From assembly GCA_038321865.1 (NCBI GenBank), contig JBBQFH010000001.1:128001-192000 (forward strand): a DNA stretch of 64,000 bases. The letters run 5' to 3'. Source of the DNA: Gemmatimonadales bacterium (GTDB lineage: Bacteria; Gemmatimonadota; Gemmatimonadetes; Gemmatimonadales; GWC2-71-9). Shown piece after piece: positions 8,684 to 20,581 of the stretch. Numbering within the stretch: the stretch's first letter is position 1; every line of letters begins with the position of its first letter. The position numbers were made by a program, and so were the translations under genes. Below the pieces are notes generated by a model, which was given only the letters and a program-made list of their open reading frames with translations, was not told the origin of the DNA and made no database searches.

Positions 8684-10874
8684 CTTCGGCGCCCCGCACA
8701 ACCACCACATGCTCGCCCGAGGGGGGCGGATAGGCGCCCCGTGCGTGGTACATGCCGGCAATCACGCGGACAAACTCTTCCTTGACACGGTCGACGTCAC
8801 GCAGGGTGAGCGGCGCGTTCTCCAGCTGGCCGGAGGTGAGGCGCTGGGCCACGACCTCATCCACCGCGCGGCGAACCGTTTCGGGCGTCGGGTGATCGAT
8901 GGCGCGCACCGCCGCCTCGGCCGAATCCGCCAGCATCACCACCGCGGTCTCGGCCGAGCGAGGTCGCGGACCGGGATAGCGAAACCGCGCGGCGTCGATC
9001 GGAAGTCCGGCCGCCCGGTTGCGGGCGCGTACCAGAAACGACCGAATCTCGTTGGTGCCGTGGTGCTCGGGAATGAACGCACGCACGACCGGCGGCAGAT
9101 GGTGCTCCTCGGCGATGCGCATGCCGTCCACCACATGATCGCGGATGATGGCCGCCGAGTCCTCCGGCGCGAGCACATCGTGCGGATTCACGCCGCGAGC
9201 CTGATTTTCGACGAAATACCGCGGCTGGCTCAGCTTCCCGACATCGTGGTAATAGCAGCCCACCCGGGCCAGGAGCCCGTTCGCGCCGATCGCATTGCAG
9301 GCGGACTCGCACAGGTTCGCCATGGCGATGCTGTGCGCCCAGGTGCCCGGCGCCTCGAGCGCGAGGCGGCGGAGCAGCGGACGGGACGGGTCGGCCAGCT
9401 CGATGAGCGTCAGATCGGTGGTGATCCGGGTGATGCTTTCGGCCAGCGGCAGAGTCAGCATCGCGACGGCCGTCGTCCCGATGGCTGCGATGACCCCGGC
9501 CAGCATGCTCGACAGCATCGCCTCGGACGTCCAGCCGACGGTGAGCCCGATCGCCACTGCGGCCAGCGCGTAGGCGCACGACATCACGGCCACGGTGACG
9601 TAGAGCCGCCGTCGCCGCCGGATCATCCGCACGCTCACCGCCGCCGCGACGCCGCCCACCAGGGCGAAGAAAAGGGTGTCGTTCACCCGCAGCGCCAGCT
9701 GACCACCCAGCAGAATGGCGAGCGTGGAGGCCGCGAACAGAGCCGTACGGCCGTCATACAGCATCGCGATCAGGATGACCGCGGCGGGGATCGGAAGCAG
9801 CTCGGGCCGGCCGGGGAACGTCTCGGCCACCGCGTGCGTCAGCAGCACGACGAGCGCGAAGAGGCCGGCCAGGAAACCCATTTCGCGGATGTGGGCGTAG
9901 GTCTCCCGGCGGTAGAACATCAGGAGGAGCCAGAACGGCGCCAGCACCATTGCATCGTAGAGAAACGGTCCCGCCACCGAGGCGACCCCGAGTCCGGCGG
10001 TGCCGCGGCGGCGCAGCGCATCCCGCAGGCCGAGCAGCTTGTCGCGCACTTCGGTCGAGACCAGCTCCTTCGCGGTCGCTATCCGCTCGCCCGCCGGTAC
10101 GGCATACTTGATCGAGTCGACTCCGACGCGGAACTGCTCGCGCCGCCGCGCCGTGAGATCGGCGTCGGGAACGATCGTCGGATAGAAGAAGGCACCGATC
10201 AACCGGCGGAACGTTCGTTCGCCGGCCGCTCCCGCGCCGGCGGGGCCCGCGCCCTCCGCCGCCGCCATGAAATCACTGAAGGTGCGGATCGAGTCCCGCG
10301 GAAGCATGCGCTCATTGTCCGCGCGCACCAGTGCGATGCGCTGCCGATGTTCGGTCCGGAGCGCGCCCGCATCGGCGACGCCGACGACCAGTGAGCGAGA
10401 GAGGAACCCGATCACGGCGTCGCGCATCGCGCGCCGTCTGCCCGGATCAGCGAGGTACTGGGCCTCATCCGGCGTCAGACTGACTTCCTGAGCCCGGGCA
10501 CCGACACGGAAATCGGGCAGCGACGGCTCCGCGGGCGGGCGGTCGAAAAAGTCACGCGCGGCACTGAGCGCGGCGGCGTAGCCGGCCGGGCTGTATCGGA
10601 AGACAGGTGGCACGGCGAGCGCCCGCGCATCGCCCTCGCGGGCGATCTCGTCATCGCTCTTCCGCACGATGAAGGGAATCGGAGCGCTGATGGTCCGCGC
10701 CGCGACTTCGCCCACATCGTACACCGGACTCGACCGGACCCTGGGGGCCGGGAACACCAGACATGTCACCGCCGCCACGGCCGCCAGCAGGGACCATCGC
10801 AGCAGATGGAACCGGCGTCCCCGCCCCGTCCGGAGCGACAGTGGATAGGGCCGTGCGTCGGGCGAGCGCTCCAT
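8676..10874 (-). CDS. 7TM-HD (HDIG-family) membrane phosphohydrolase, PgpH-like putative c-di-AMP phosphodiesterase
   Basis: Extracellular domain, ~7 TM, EAPGTWAHS, YYHDVGK, FVENQ, IIRDHV, EHHGT, RYPGPRP, MLADSAEAA; canonical phoH-HD-ybeY context. Confidence 0.87.
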   Translation of the reverse strand: MERSPDARPYPLSLRTGRGRRFHLLRWSLLAAVAAVTCLVFPAPRVRSSPVYDVGEVAARTISAPIPFIVRKSDDEIAREGDARALAVPPVFRYSPAGYAAALSAARDFFDRPPAEPSLPDFRVGARAQEVSLTPDEAQYLADPGRRRAMRDAVIGFLSRSLVVGVADAGALRTEHRQRIALVRADNERMLPRDSIRTFSDFMAAAEGAGPAGAGAAGERTFRRLIGAFFYPTIVPDADLTARRREQFRVGVDSIKYAVPAGERIATAKELVSTEVRDKLLGLRDALRRRGTAGLGVASVAGPFLYDAMVLAPFWLLLMFYRRETYAHIREMGFLAGLFALVVLLTHAVAETFPGRPELLPIPAAVILIAMLYDGRTALFAASTLAILLGGQLALRVNDTLFFALVGGVAAAVSVRMIRRRRRLYVTVAVMSCAYALAAVAIGLTVGWTSEAMLSSMLAGVIAAIGTTAVAMLTLPLAESITRITTDLTLIELADPSRPLLRRLALEAPGTWAHSIAMANLCESACNAIGANGLLARVGCYYHDVGKLSQPRYFVENQARGVNPHDVLAPEDSAAIIRDHVVDGMRIAEEHHLPPVVRAFIPEHHGTNEIRSFLVRARNRAAGLPIDAARFRYPGPRPRSAETAVVMLADSAEAAVRAIDHPTPETVRRAVDEVVAQRLTSGQLENAPLTLRDVDRVKEEFVRVIAGMYHARGAYPPPSGEHVVVVRGAEGA

Positions 10875-11827
10875 CAGCCGCTCTGGTCCTCGGCGTAGGC
10901 CCGAATGATCTCGCGCACCAGCCGGTGACGGACGACGTCCGCATCGTGCAGATAGCAGAAGGCGATGCCGTCGATTCCGGGCAGTACGCGCTCGACCTGC
11001 ACCAGTCCGGAGTCCTCGCGCTTGGGGAGATCGATCTGCGTCTTGTCGCCGGTCACGACCGTCCGGCTGTTCACGCCCAGCCGGGTGAGGAACATCTTCA
11101 TCTGCGCGCCGGTGGCATTCTGCGCCTCGTCGAGAATGATGAACGCGTCCGACAGTGTGCGCCCGCGCATGTAGGCCAGCGGAGCGATCTCGATCGTGCG
11201 GCTTTCCAGGGCACGCTGCACCCGATCATGCGGCATCATGTCCTCGAGCGCATCATAGAGCGGGCGAAGATAGGGATCCACCTTGGCCTGGATGTCGCCG
11301 GGAAGGAAGCCGAGCGACTCCCCGGCCTCGACGGCAGGTCGCGCGAGGATGATGCGCTTCACCCGTTTCCGCGCCAGCGCCTCCACCGCCATGGCCACCG
11401 CGAGATAGGTCTTGCCCGTGCCTGCCGGCCCGATTCCGATCACGATGTCGTTGGCCGCGATCGCCTGCAAATAGTCCCGCTGGCCCTGGGTCTTCGGGAC
11501 GATCGCGCGGCGGAGCCCGGGCAATACGATCCGCCCGTCCGCGGATGCGGCCGGCGCCTCGCCGGTCGATCCTTCGGCGACCAGGCGGGCCACATCATCC
11601 GCGCTCACCGCCTCGCCCATGCGGACCAGATCGATCATTCCCTGCACGACCGGCACCGCACGCTCGATGTGATCGCCGGGTCCCGCCAGCGTCAGCGTAT
11701 CCCCCCGGAAGGAGACCCGAACGCCCAGCGCGCGCTGCATATCCACCAGATTGGCATCGTTCACACCGGCCAGGAGCAGCGGGTCGGCACCTTCGGTCGA
11801 GATGCGGTGGGTCACGTCGTCAGCCAA
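10874..11827 (-). CDS. phoH: PhoH family ATPase (YbeZ-like)
   Basis: GPAGTGKTYLA, RPAVEAGESLGFLPGD, YMRGRTL, DEAQN, GDKTQIDL. Confidence 0.93.
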   Translation of the reverse strand: MADDVTHRISTEGADPLLLAGVNDANLVDMQRALGVRVSFRGDTLTLAGPGDHIERAVPVVQGMIDLVRMGEAVSADDVARLVAEGSTGEAPAASADGRIVLPGLRRAIVPKTQGQRDYLQAIAANDIVIGIGPAGTGKTYLAVAMAVEALARKRVKRIILARPAVEAGESLGFLPGDIQAKVDPYLRPLYDALEDMMPHDRVQRALESRTIEIAPLAYMRGRTLSDAFIILDEAQNATGAQMKMFLTRLGVNSRTVVTGDKTQIDLPKREDSGLVQVERVLPGIDGIAFCYLHDADVVRHRLVREIIRAYAEDQSG

Positions 11828-11841
11828 GGAGCCTCCCGAGC

Positions 11842-13667
<1,826 letters not shown>

Positions 13668-13671
<4 letters not shown>

Positions 13672-14123
13672 CGGGTTTCAGCCTCGGCGAGGACGTCGCA
13701 GAACCGCTGAGGCGTCTCCGCGGCAAGCAGGAGGCCGCGAACTGATTCGCTGCGGACCAGCCGGGCGATTCGGGCCAGGACCTGCACGTGCTGGCCGGCA
13801 GCGCCCACCGGGCCGACGATCACAAAAAAGAGTCGCACTCCTTCGCCGTCCAACCCGTCGAACGGCACCGGGACCGGAGTGACGCCGGCGACCATCGAGA
13901 GCTGCCGGACGCTGGCCGCTCTCCCGTGGGGAATGGCGACGCCAAATCCGATGCCGGTGCTGAGCACACCCTCTCGCTCCCGGACTGCCTGGTAGACATC
14001 CGCTTCGTCCCCACCGGCCGTCTGCGCAAGCAGCCGGGTCAGCTCGCGCAACACGCCGTCCTTGTTCCGCGCCTCGATGGGCAGGCGGATCCGATCCGGC
14101 GTGAGGAGCTCGGTCAGCAGCAC
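13668..14123 (-). CDS. Stand-alone PTS IIA (PtsN/EIIA-Ntr-like) protein
   Basis: REGVLSTGIGFGVAIPHGR, FDGLDGEGVRLFF, HVQVLARIARL. Confidence 0.88.
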
Positions 14124-14184
14124 AGAAACGCCAGGCAGCGCATCCGGCGAAACGTAACCGCCATCGGGCGCTCCGAAAACCCGT

Positions 14185-14190
14185 TATCTT
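14185..14190 (+). promoter_or_regulatory. Putative -10 element (TATCTT) 6 nt before rlmN ATG; leaderless candidate
   Basis: TANNNT hexamer in a GC-rich background; no SD before ATG 14197. Confidence 0.5.
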
Positions 14191-14196
14191 TCTGTG

Positions 14197-15327
14197 ATGT
14201 CAGACGATGCAACGCCTCCGTTCACCGGTGCGGCGCTCCTGGGACTCAGCCCTGAAGTGGCGCGGCGCACAATCGCCGAATGGGTGGAGCATCAAGGCCT
14301 GCCGCGCTACCGGTCCACCCAGATTCACCGACGCCTCTGGGTCGCACCGGTCCGCACCTGGGCGGAGGCGACCGAGCTCCCTGGCAGCCTTCGCGCGGCG
14401 CTTGAGCGGGACTACCCGCTCGAGCGGCTCGTGGTCGCCGCCGAGCAGCTGTCGTCGGATGGGACCCGGAAATTCCTCTGGCGGCTAGCCGACGGCGAAG
14501 CCGTGGAAAGCGTATTGATCCCTTCCGGACAGCGGCGGACGCTGTGCATTTCCTCGCAGGCGGGCTGTGCGCTGGGCTGTACGTTCTGCGCGACCGGGCG
14601 GATGGGATTTCGGCGGAACCTCACACCCTTCGAGATCGCGGGACAGGTGCGGGAGATCGTGCTGCGCCACCCGGCGGACATGCCGACCAACGTCGTTTTC
14701 ATGGGCATGGGGGAGCCGCTCCTGAACTGGCCGGCGGTCAACACGACGCTCACCATCCTGAACAGCGCGGAAGGCTTCGGGATCGGTGCCCGTCACATCA
14801 CCGTGTCCACCGTCGGCGTACTCCCCGGCATGGCGGAGTTCGCCAAGCGGCCGGAGCAGTTCCGGCTGGCGATCTCATTGCATGCGCCCACGAGCGCCCA
14901 GCGTCGCGCCATCATGCCGGTCGAGAAGAAATACGATCTCGATGCGGTGATCCGCGGCGCAATGGCGTTCGACCGCCGTGTCACATTCGAGTACGTCATG
15001 ATCGCGGGCGTGAATGACAGCGATACGGACGCCGACCAGCTGGTCAAGCTCGCGCGTCGGTTGCGCGCGCTGGTGAACATTCTGCCGCTGCACCCGGGTG
15101 GCGCCCCCGGGCTCACGCCGTCATCCCCGGCCCGCATTCAGGCCTTCGCCGACCGGCTCCGCAACCAGGGGGTCGAAGCCGCCGTGCGCCGGAGCCGGGG
15201 ACTGGATATCAACGCGGCCTGCGGGCAGCTTCGCGTCGAAGTCGAGCGCAAGCAGCGGCGATCAGCCGACACGGTCGGGGACGCCGGTGCCGTCGAAGAA
15301 GCTCGTGAGGTTGCGAAGGGCTCGTAG
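14197..15327 (+). CDS. rlmN: 23S rRNA/tRNA adenine C2-methyltransferase RlmN (radical SAM)
   Basis: CISSQAGCALGCTFCATG, MGMGEPL, ISLHA, DINAACGQL. Confidence 0.94.
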   Translation: MSDDATPPFTGAALLGLSPEVARRTIAEWVEHQGLPRYRSTQIHRRLWVAPVRTWAEATELPGSLRAALERDYPLERLVVAAEQLSSDGTRKFLWRLADGEAVESVLIPSGQRRTLCISSQAGCALGCTFCATGRMGFRRNLTPFEIAGQVREIVLRHPADMPTNVVFMGMGEPLLNWPAVNTTLTILNSAEGFGIGARHITVSTVGVLPGMAEFAKRPEQFRLAISLHAPTSAQRRAIMPVEKKYDLDAVIRGAMAFDRRVTFEYVMIAGVNDSDTDADQLVKLARRLRALVNILPLHPGGAPGLTPSSPARIQAFADRLRNQGVEAAVRRSRGLDINAACGQLRVEVERKQRRSADTVGDAGAVEEAREVAKGS

Positions 15328-16236
15328 GCCCATGGCGATGCGTGTCGCCCCGGTGGCGCTCCCGAGGTGCGGCAGCAGCACGACATTGTCCAGTCGGAGG
15401 AGGCGTGCCGGCACGGCGGGCTCCCCCTCGTAGACATCGAGGGCGGCTCCGGCTATCACGCCTCGCTCGAGCGCATCCATCAGGGCGCGCTCGTCGACGA
15501 TATCTCCGCGGGCGGTGTTGATCAGATAGGCGCCGGGGCGCATCCGCGCCAGGCGCTCTGCGTTGATCAGATGGTGCGTAGCGGTGTTCGACGGGCAATG
15601 CAGCGAGACAAAGTCGGCCCGCGGCAGGAGCTCGTCCACGGACTCGCAGGGGACCGCGCCGAGCGCCGACACGATTTCGGCGGCGGGAGGCCGCGGCGTG
15701 TAGAAGAGGACTCGCATGCCGAAGCCCAGCGCCGCCCGCCGCGCCACCGCCTGTCCGATCCGGCCCAAGCCGATGAGACCAAGCGTCCGCCCCGAGACGT
15801 CAGCCCCCAGCAGCTGCGTCGGTCGCCAGCCATCCCAGCGCCCGGCGCGAACCAGCCGTTCCCCTTCTCCCAGTCGGCGCGCGACGGCGAGCATCAACGC
15901 AACGGTCAGATCGGCCGTGGCATCGGTCAGTACGTCCGGCGTGTTGCTGACGGCCAGACCCGCCGCGCTCGCGGCGCTGAGATCGATGTGGTTGAAGCCG
16001 ACACCGAAATTCGCGAGGATCCGGCAGCGCAGCGGGCCGGTGCCGATGACGCTGGCGTCGAGCCGGTCGGTCACCGTGCAGAGGAGGCCGTCGGCGTTGC
16101 GGAGGCCGGCATGCAGTTCAGCGGCGCTCAGCGCGCGATCCTCGCGGTTGAGTCGCACGTCGAACCGTGCGGCGAGCGCCTGCTCGACCGGCTCCGGAAC
16201 CCGGCGCGTCACGAGCACGATTGGACGAGCCGTCAT
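15262..16236 (-). CDS. D-glycerate dehydrogenase / glyoxylate-hydroxypyruvate reductase (D-2-hydroxyacid dehydrogenase)
   Basis: GVGFNHID, NTPDVLTDATAD, GLGRIG, INTARG, LDVYEGEP, PHLGSAT. Confidence 0.9.
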   Translation of the reverse strand: MTARPIVLVTRRVPEPVEQALAARFDVRLNREDRALSAAELHAGLRNADGLLCTVTDRLDASVIGTGPLRCRILANFGVGFNHIDLSAASAAGLAVSNTPDVLTDATADLTVALMLAVARRLGEGERLVRAGRWDGWRPTQLLGADVSGRTLGLIGLGRIGQAVARRAALGFGMRVLFYTPRPPAAEIVSALGAVPCESVDELLPRADFVSLHCPSNTATHHLINAERLARMRPGAYLINTARGDIVDERALMDALERGVIAGAALDVYEGEPAVPARLLRLDNVVLLPHLGSATGATRIAMGLRALRNLTSFFDGTGVPDRVG

Positions 16237-16257
16237 GAATATTTGTCCCGGGTGCGA

Positions 16258-17538
16258 GTGACCAGCGTCGAGCGGCGGGAAATGCTCGAGCGGCTGTACG
16301 CGGCGGCGCTGCTGGCCGCCCGGCCCGGGCCGGCGACGGAAGGGGCGCTCATGGCTGCGCCCCCGCCGTCAACGCCGATCCATCTCATTGCCATAGGCAA
16401 AGCGGCGCCGGCCATGGCCCGCGCGGCCGTCGACTGGCTGAGGCGGAACGGACGCACGCCGTCGGGCGGCGTGATTGTGGGCGTGGATCCCCCCGAGGAT
16501 GTGATCGAGCTGCCGATCGAATACATCGCCGGCGATCACCCCGCTCCCGGCGCGCGATCCCTCCGTGCGGCGGATGCCATCGGCCGCGCGGCGGCGTGCG
16601 TGCGAACCGGTGACAGCGTGATCGTGCTGCTCTCCGGCGGTGCGAGTGCGCTGGCGGCCGCACCGGTTGCCGGCGTCACACTTGCGGACCTGATCGAGCT
16701 GAACGCGCTTCTGCTCGGCTCGGGGCTGGCAATCGGTGAGGTCAACAGCGTGCGCAAGCGGATGCTCCGCTGGGGCGCAGGGCGGCTGGCGGCCGCCGTT
16801 GGGCCGGCGTCCGTGCGCTGCCTCGCCGTCTCGGATGTGATCGGGAATGATCCCGGGACGATCGGATCGGGTCCCTGCGTCCCCGACGCGCGGCCTGCCC
16901 AATCAGTCATTGCCCTCCTCCAGTCCGTCGGTCTCTGGGACCGCGCTCCGGCGTCCGTCCGGAGTGCGCTCTCTCGCGATGCGCACGGGGACGACGCCGG
17001 CACGACGGGACCGGGCGACCGGACGGCCGCCGGCACCGCTGTGGAAATCCTCCTCGACAACAGCGCCGCGATCAGTGGCGCAGCAGCCGCCGCGGCGGCG
17101 GCGGGGTTGACGGTGGTCACCGACCCCCCATTGTCGGGCGACGCCGCGGCACTTGGCGGCACCATCGCCCGGCGGCTCCGGGGAATGCCCCCCGGGAGCT
17201 GTCTCGTCCTGGGCGGCGAAACCACGGTCGCCTCCGCCGGTGCGCCGGGTGTGCTCGGGGGACGCTGTCAGGAGCTCGCACTGGCGGCGGCCCGGGAGCT
17301 CGCCGGCTATCGCGTCGGCCTGCTCGCCGCCGGAACGGACGGTCGAGACGGTCCGACTGATGCCGCCGGAGCGGCGGTGGATGGTGCGACCTGGCCCGCC
17401 ATCACACGCGCGGGACGTGATCCCGAGGCCGATCTCGCCGGTCACGATGCGTATCGGGCGCTCGATGCGGTGGCCGCCCTCATTCGAACCGGGCCGACCG
17501 GCACCAACGTCGCCGACATCGTCATCGGCCTCACCTGA
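16258..17538 (+). CDS. Glycerate 2-kinase, MOFRL/DUF4147 family
   Basis: AIGKAA, HPAP, LSGGASAL, SDVIG, IGSGP, GGETTV, GGRCQE, GTDGRDGPTDAAGA, TGPTGTNVAD; start uncertain (16252/16258/16282). Confidence 0.87.
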   Translation: MTSVERREMLERLYAAALLAARPGPATEGALMAAPPPSTPIHLIAIGKAAPAMARAAVDWLRRNGRTPSGGVIVGVDPPEDVIELPIEYIAGDHPAPGARSLRAADAIGRAAACVRTGDSVIVLLSGGASALAAAPVAGVTLADLIELNALLLGSGLAIGEVNSVRKRMLRWGAGRLAAAVGPASVRCLAVSDVIGNDPGTIGSGPCVPDARPAQSVIALLQSVGLWDRAPASVRSALSRDAHGDDAGTTGPGDRTAAGTAVEILLDNSAAISGAAAAAAAAGLTVVTDPPLSGDAAALGGTIARRLRGMPPGSCLVLGGETTVASAGAPGVLGGRCQELALAAARELAGYRVGLLAAGTDGRDGPTDAAGAAVDGATWPAITRAGRDPEADLAGHDAYRALDAVAALIRTGPTGTNVADIVIGLT

Positions 17539-17540
17539 CG

Positions 17541-17984
17541 TCAGGGATGCAGGTCCGTCGGCGCCCGATAGTCTTCGCCCAGCCACACGCTCACATCCAC
17601 CCGCCGCATCGTGTCGCGAATCGCGACGACATTCTCGATCCCCAATGCCAACGCCACCGCCCGCGCCGCCTTCGCGTCCACCCGGCGGGCGATGACGCGG
17701 CTCGCCCGCACGGCGGGACCGGCCGGCCCGGTCCCCGGAACGTAGACCACATCGAATCCCGCCTGGCGAAGCTGCCGCGTCGCGATGCGGGCGAGGCCGG
17801 TGCGGCTGGTGCCGTTCAGCACTTCGATGGTGAGCGTGTGTTCGGTTCCGGGCAGCGGATATGCGGGCAGCGAGCTCGCGACGGTCGCGCGGGAGGCGGG
17901 CTTGTGCACCACTGCGGCGATGCCGAGGGTGGTGGCCGCGAGGGCCGCGACAGTCAGCGCGACGCGGCGGCGGGTCGGTCGCAC
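17541..17984 (-). CDS. LytR C-terminal domain membrane-anchored protein
   Basis: Single TM, then IEVLNGTSRTGLA...LRQAGF...DVSVWLGEDY typical of LytR_C; GTG start inferred. Confidence 0.8.
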   Translation of the reverse strand: MRPTRRRVALTVAALAATTLGIAAVVHKPASRATVASSLPAYPLPGTEHTLTIEVLNGTSRTGLARIATRQLRQAGFDVVYVPGTGPAGPAVRASRVIARRVDAKAARAVALALGIENVVAIRDTMRRVDVSVWLGEDYRAPTDLHP

Positions 17985-18529
17985 AGCGAATTCCAGAAGC
18001 GCACGGTAACCTCGGGCAACGGCCAGCGCGACGTGATGAGGTGTCCGACACGAAGCCGCGCGACGTCTCGAAGCACGCCCGACGGGTCCAGTGGAAAGCG
18101 AGCGGCCAGCGCGCGCCGGGTGGTACGGCCGAAGGCGCGCCCGGGCTCGAGATAGTCGGCGCAATAGAGCACGTGCCCCACCATGTCCCACTCTGCCAGG
18201 CCCACCGAATGGAACTCGACGGCATCGAGCACGCCACGATCCGTCTCGCCGTCGGCGCGGGCCCTGGCGGCGGCAGCCGGGCCATGACGGAGCTCGGGGG
18301 GGCCCGGCGCGGCGGGCGCGAGCCCAGCCAGCAGGTCGGGGGGCGCGTCGCGGAGGGCATCGTGCAGCCAGATCGCCCGCAGCCAGCGGTCGCGTTCGTG
18401 AACGGAAGCTGTCATGGCATCGGCCCAGCGGGCGCCCAGTGAGGCGACGCGCGCGACATGCTTCAGCCGGGCCGGAGACACAACGGCCCACGCCGGAAGC
18501 GCGGGCCGATCGATGCTGCGGCCCGTCAC
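17954..18529 (-). CDS. YqeK-like HD-domain hydrolase (putative Ap4A hydrolase)
   Basis: KHVARV, LHDALR, HGPAAA, AVEFHSVG, LYCADYLEPGR. Confidence 0.8.
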   Translation of the reverse strand: MTGRSIDRPALPAWAVVSPARLKHVARVASLGARWADAMTASVHERDRWLRAIWLHDALRDAPPDLLAGLAPAAPGPPELRHGPAAAARARADGETDRGVLDAVEFHSVGLAEWDMVGHVLYCADYLEPGRAFGRTTRRALAARFPLDPSGVLRDVARLRVGHLITSRWPLPEVTVRFWNSLCDRPAAASR

Positions 18530-18539
18530 CAGTGCCGAC

Positions 18540-18911
18540 TCAGCTTTCCGCCCGCAGCTGGGGCCGAACCGGGCGGTTCCGCTCATCGACGAACACCACG
18601 CGCGGCGTGAAGCGCGCCGCCAGCGCCTCGTCCACGGTTCCGTACGCGATCAGGATCACGATGTCACCCGGCATGCCGAGCCGGGCGGCGGCCCCGTTCA
18701 GCTGCACAACGCCGGACGCGCGTGGCCCGGGGATCACGTATGTGGTGAACCGGGCGCCGTTGTTGACGTTGACGACCTGGATTTCCTCGTAGTTGACGAG
18801 GTCGGCGGCATCGAGGAGATCCTGATCCACCGTGAGCGAGCCCTCGTAATTCAGATCGGCCGACGTGATGGTGGCGCGGTGGATCTTGGACTTCATGAGA
18901 TGCCGCTGCAT
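18540..18911 (-). CDS. panD: Aspartate 1-decarboxylase
   Basis: [14 protein letters not shown] cleavage site, [17 protein letters not shown]. Confidence 0.96.
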   Translation of the reverse strand: MQRHLMKSKIHRATITSADLNYEGSLTVDQDLLDAADLVNYEEIQVVNVNNGARFTTYVIPGPRASGVVQLNGAAARLGMPGDIVILIAYGTVDEALAARFTPRVVFVDERNRPVRPQLRAES

Positions 18912-19765
18912 CAATCGCGTTCCTCGCCCAGAATGACGTTGTCGATGAGCCGGGTGCCGCCGACCCGCGCGGCGACGGCAATGATCGTCCCCGGCACCGC
19001 GACATCGACCGGGAGCATGTTCACGGCGTCGCAGATCGCAATATAATCCACGGCCACCCCGGGCACGCGCTCGAACACACCACGCATCAGCGAGTCGAGC
19101 GCCGTGGCGGCGCGCTCGCCGCCGCGCCACGCGCGTTCGGCCGCCGCGAGCGCGCGACTCAGCGCCAGGGCGTCTGCGCGTGCCGCTTCCGACAGGAACA
19201 CATTCCGGCTGCTGAGCGCGAGCCCGTCGGGCTCGCGCACGATCGGGACGACGGCGAGCTCGATCGGCCAGTCGAGATCGGCCACCATGCGGCGCACCAG
19301 CGTGGCCTGCTGGATGTCCTTCTGGCCGAAGCAGGCGATGTCCGGCTGCGCCAGATGGAAGAGCTTGGCGACGACGGTGAGTACCCCGGTGAAATGGCCC
19401 GGCCGAGCCGCACCCTCCCACCGATCGCCGATGGCTCCCGGCGACACTCGCGTATCGCTACCGGCTGGATACATGATCGCTGACGACGGGACAAACAGCC
19501 GGTCGACCCCGCGCCCGGCCGCCAGCGAGCGGTCTCGAGCCAGGTCGCGCGGATAGCGGGTGAGATCCTCACCGGGAGCGAATTGCAGCGGGTTCACGAA
19601 AATGCTCAGGACCACCGCATCGGCCCGGCGGCAAGCCTCGTCCACCAGCCGCAGGTGTCCTTCGTGCAGAAAGCCCATGGTCGGAACCAGCCCGATACGC
19701 CGGCCGGCGGCCCGCTCCGCGGCGACCCAGGCCCGCAGCTTCGCCACCGTCGCTATGTCCTGCAT
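18911..19765 (-). CDS. panC: Pantoate--beta-alanine ligase
   Basis: [44 protein letters not shown]. Confidence 0.96.
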   Translation of the reverse strand: MQDIATVAKLRAWVAAERAAGRRIGLVPTMGFLHEGHLRLVDEACRRADAVVLSIFVNPLQFAPGEDLTRYPRDLARDRSLAAGRGVDRLFVPSSAIMYPAGSDTRVSPGAIGDRWEGAARPGHFTGVLTVVAKLFHLAQPDIACFGQKDIQQATLVRRMVADLDWPIELAVVPIVREPDGLALSSRNVFLSEAARADALALSRALAAAERAWRGGERAATALDSLMRGVFERVPGVAVDYIAICDAVNMLPVDVAVPGTIIAVAARVGGTRLIDNVILGEERD

Positions 19766-20581
19766 TCAGTCGAAGCTGTGCTGCGCGTCGGGATAGCGAC
19801 CCTCGCGGACGTCCTGGGCGAAGGCATGCGCCGCCTCACGCACGACCCCGGCCAGTTCGGCATAGCGCTTGAGGAACTTCGGTGTGAAGGCGTCGTTGAG
19901 GCCGAGCATGTCGTGCAGCACCAGCACCTGGCCATCGCAGCCGGCACCGGCACCGATGCCGATCGTCGGCACGGTGAGCGAGCGGCTGATCGACGTCGCG
20001 ACGGCGGAAGGAACCAGCTCGAGCACGACGGCGCAGGCGCCCGCTGCCTCGAGTGCCAGCGCATCCTCCGCCATCCGCCCGGCCACGCCAGCCTCGCGCC
20101 CCTGCACCCGATATCCGCCGAGCGTGTTGACCGACTGTGGCGTCAGTCCGAGGTGCGCCATGACGGGGATGCCGCGCTCGACGAGTGCCGCGACCGTCGG
20201 GACCATGTGCTGCCCGCCCTCCAGCTTGACCCCATGGGCACCGGTCTGCTGCAGCACGCGCCCGGCGTTCCGGATGGCATCTTCGACCGACACCTGATAG
20301 CTGAGGAACGGCAGGTCGACGAAGGTGAGCGCCGTGGTGCCCCGGCGCACCGAGGCTGCATGATAGATCATCTGATCGACGGTGGCGCTCAGCGTGCTCT
20401 CCTGTCCCGCCAGCACCTGGTTGACGGAGTCGCCAACGAGCAGCACGTCCACGTCCGGCGAATCGAGCAGCCGCGCGAAAAGGGCGTCGTAGCAGGTGAG
20501 CATGACGATGCGGCGGCCGGCCGCCTTGAGCCCGGCGAGATCGAGCACCGTACGCGGGCGTTGGTCAGCGTTCATTCGCAT
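19766..20581 (-). CDS. panB: 3-methyl-2-oxobutanoate hydroxymethyltransferase
   Basis: LTCYD, LVGDS, DLPF, VKLEGG, HLGLTPQ, IGIGAG, DGQVLV. Confidence 0.96.
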   Translation of the reverse strand: MRMNADQRPRTVLDLAGLKAAGRRIVMLTCYDALFARLLDSPDVDVLLVGDSVNQVLAGQESTLSATVDQMIYHAASVRRGTTALTFVDLPFLSYQVSVEDAIRNAGRVLQQTGAHGVKLEGGQHMVPTVAALVERGIPVMAHLGLTPQSVNTLGGYRVQGREAGVAGRMAEDALALEAAGACAVVLELVPSAVATSISRSLTVPTIGIGAGAGCDGQVLVLHDMLGLNDAFTPKFLKRYAELAGVVREAAHAFAQDVREGRYPDAQHSFD

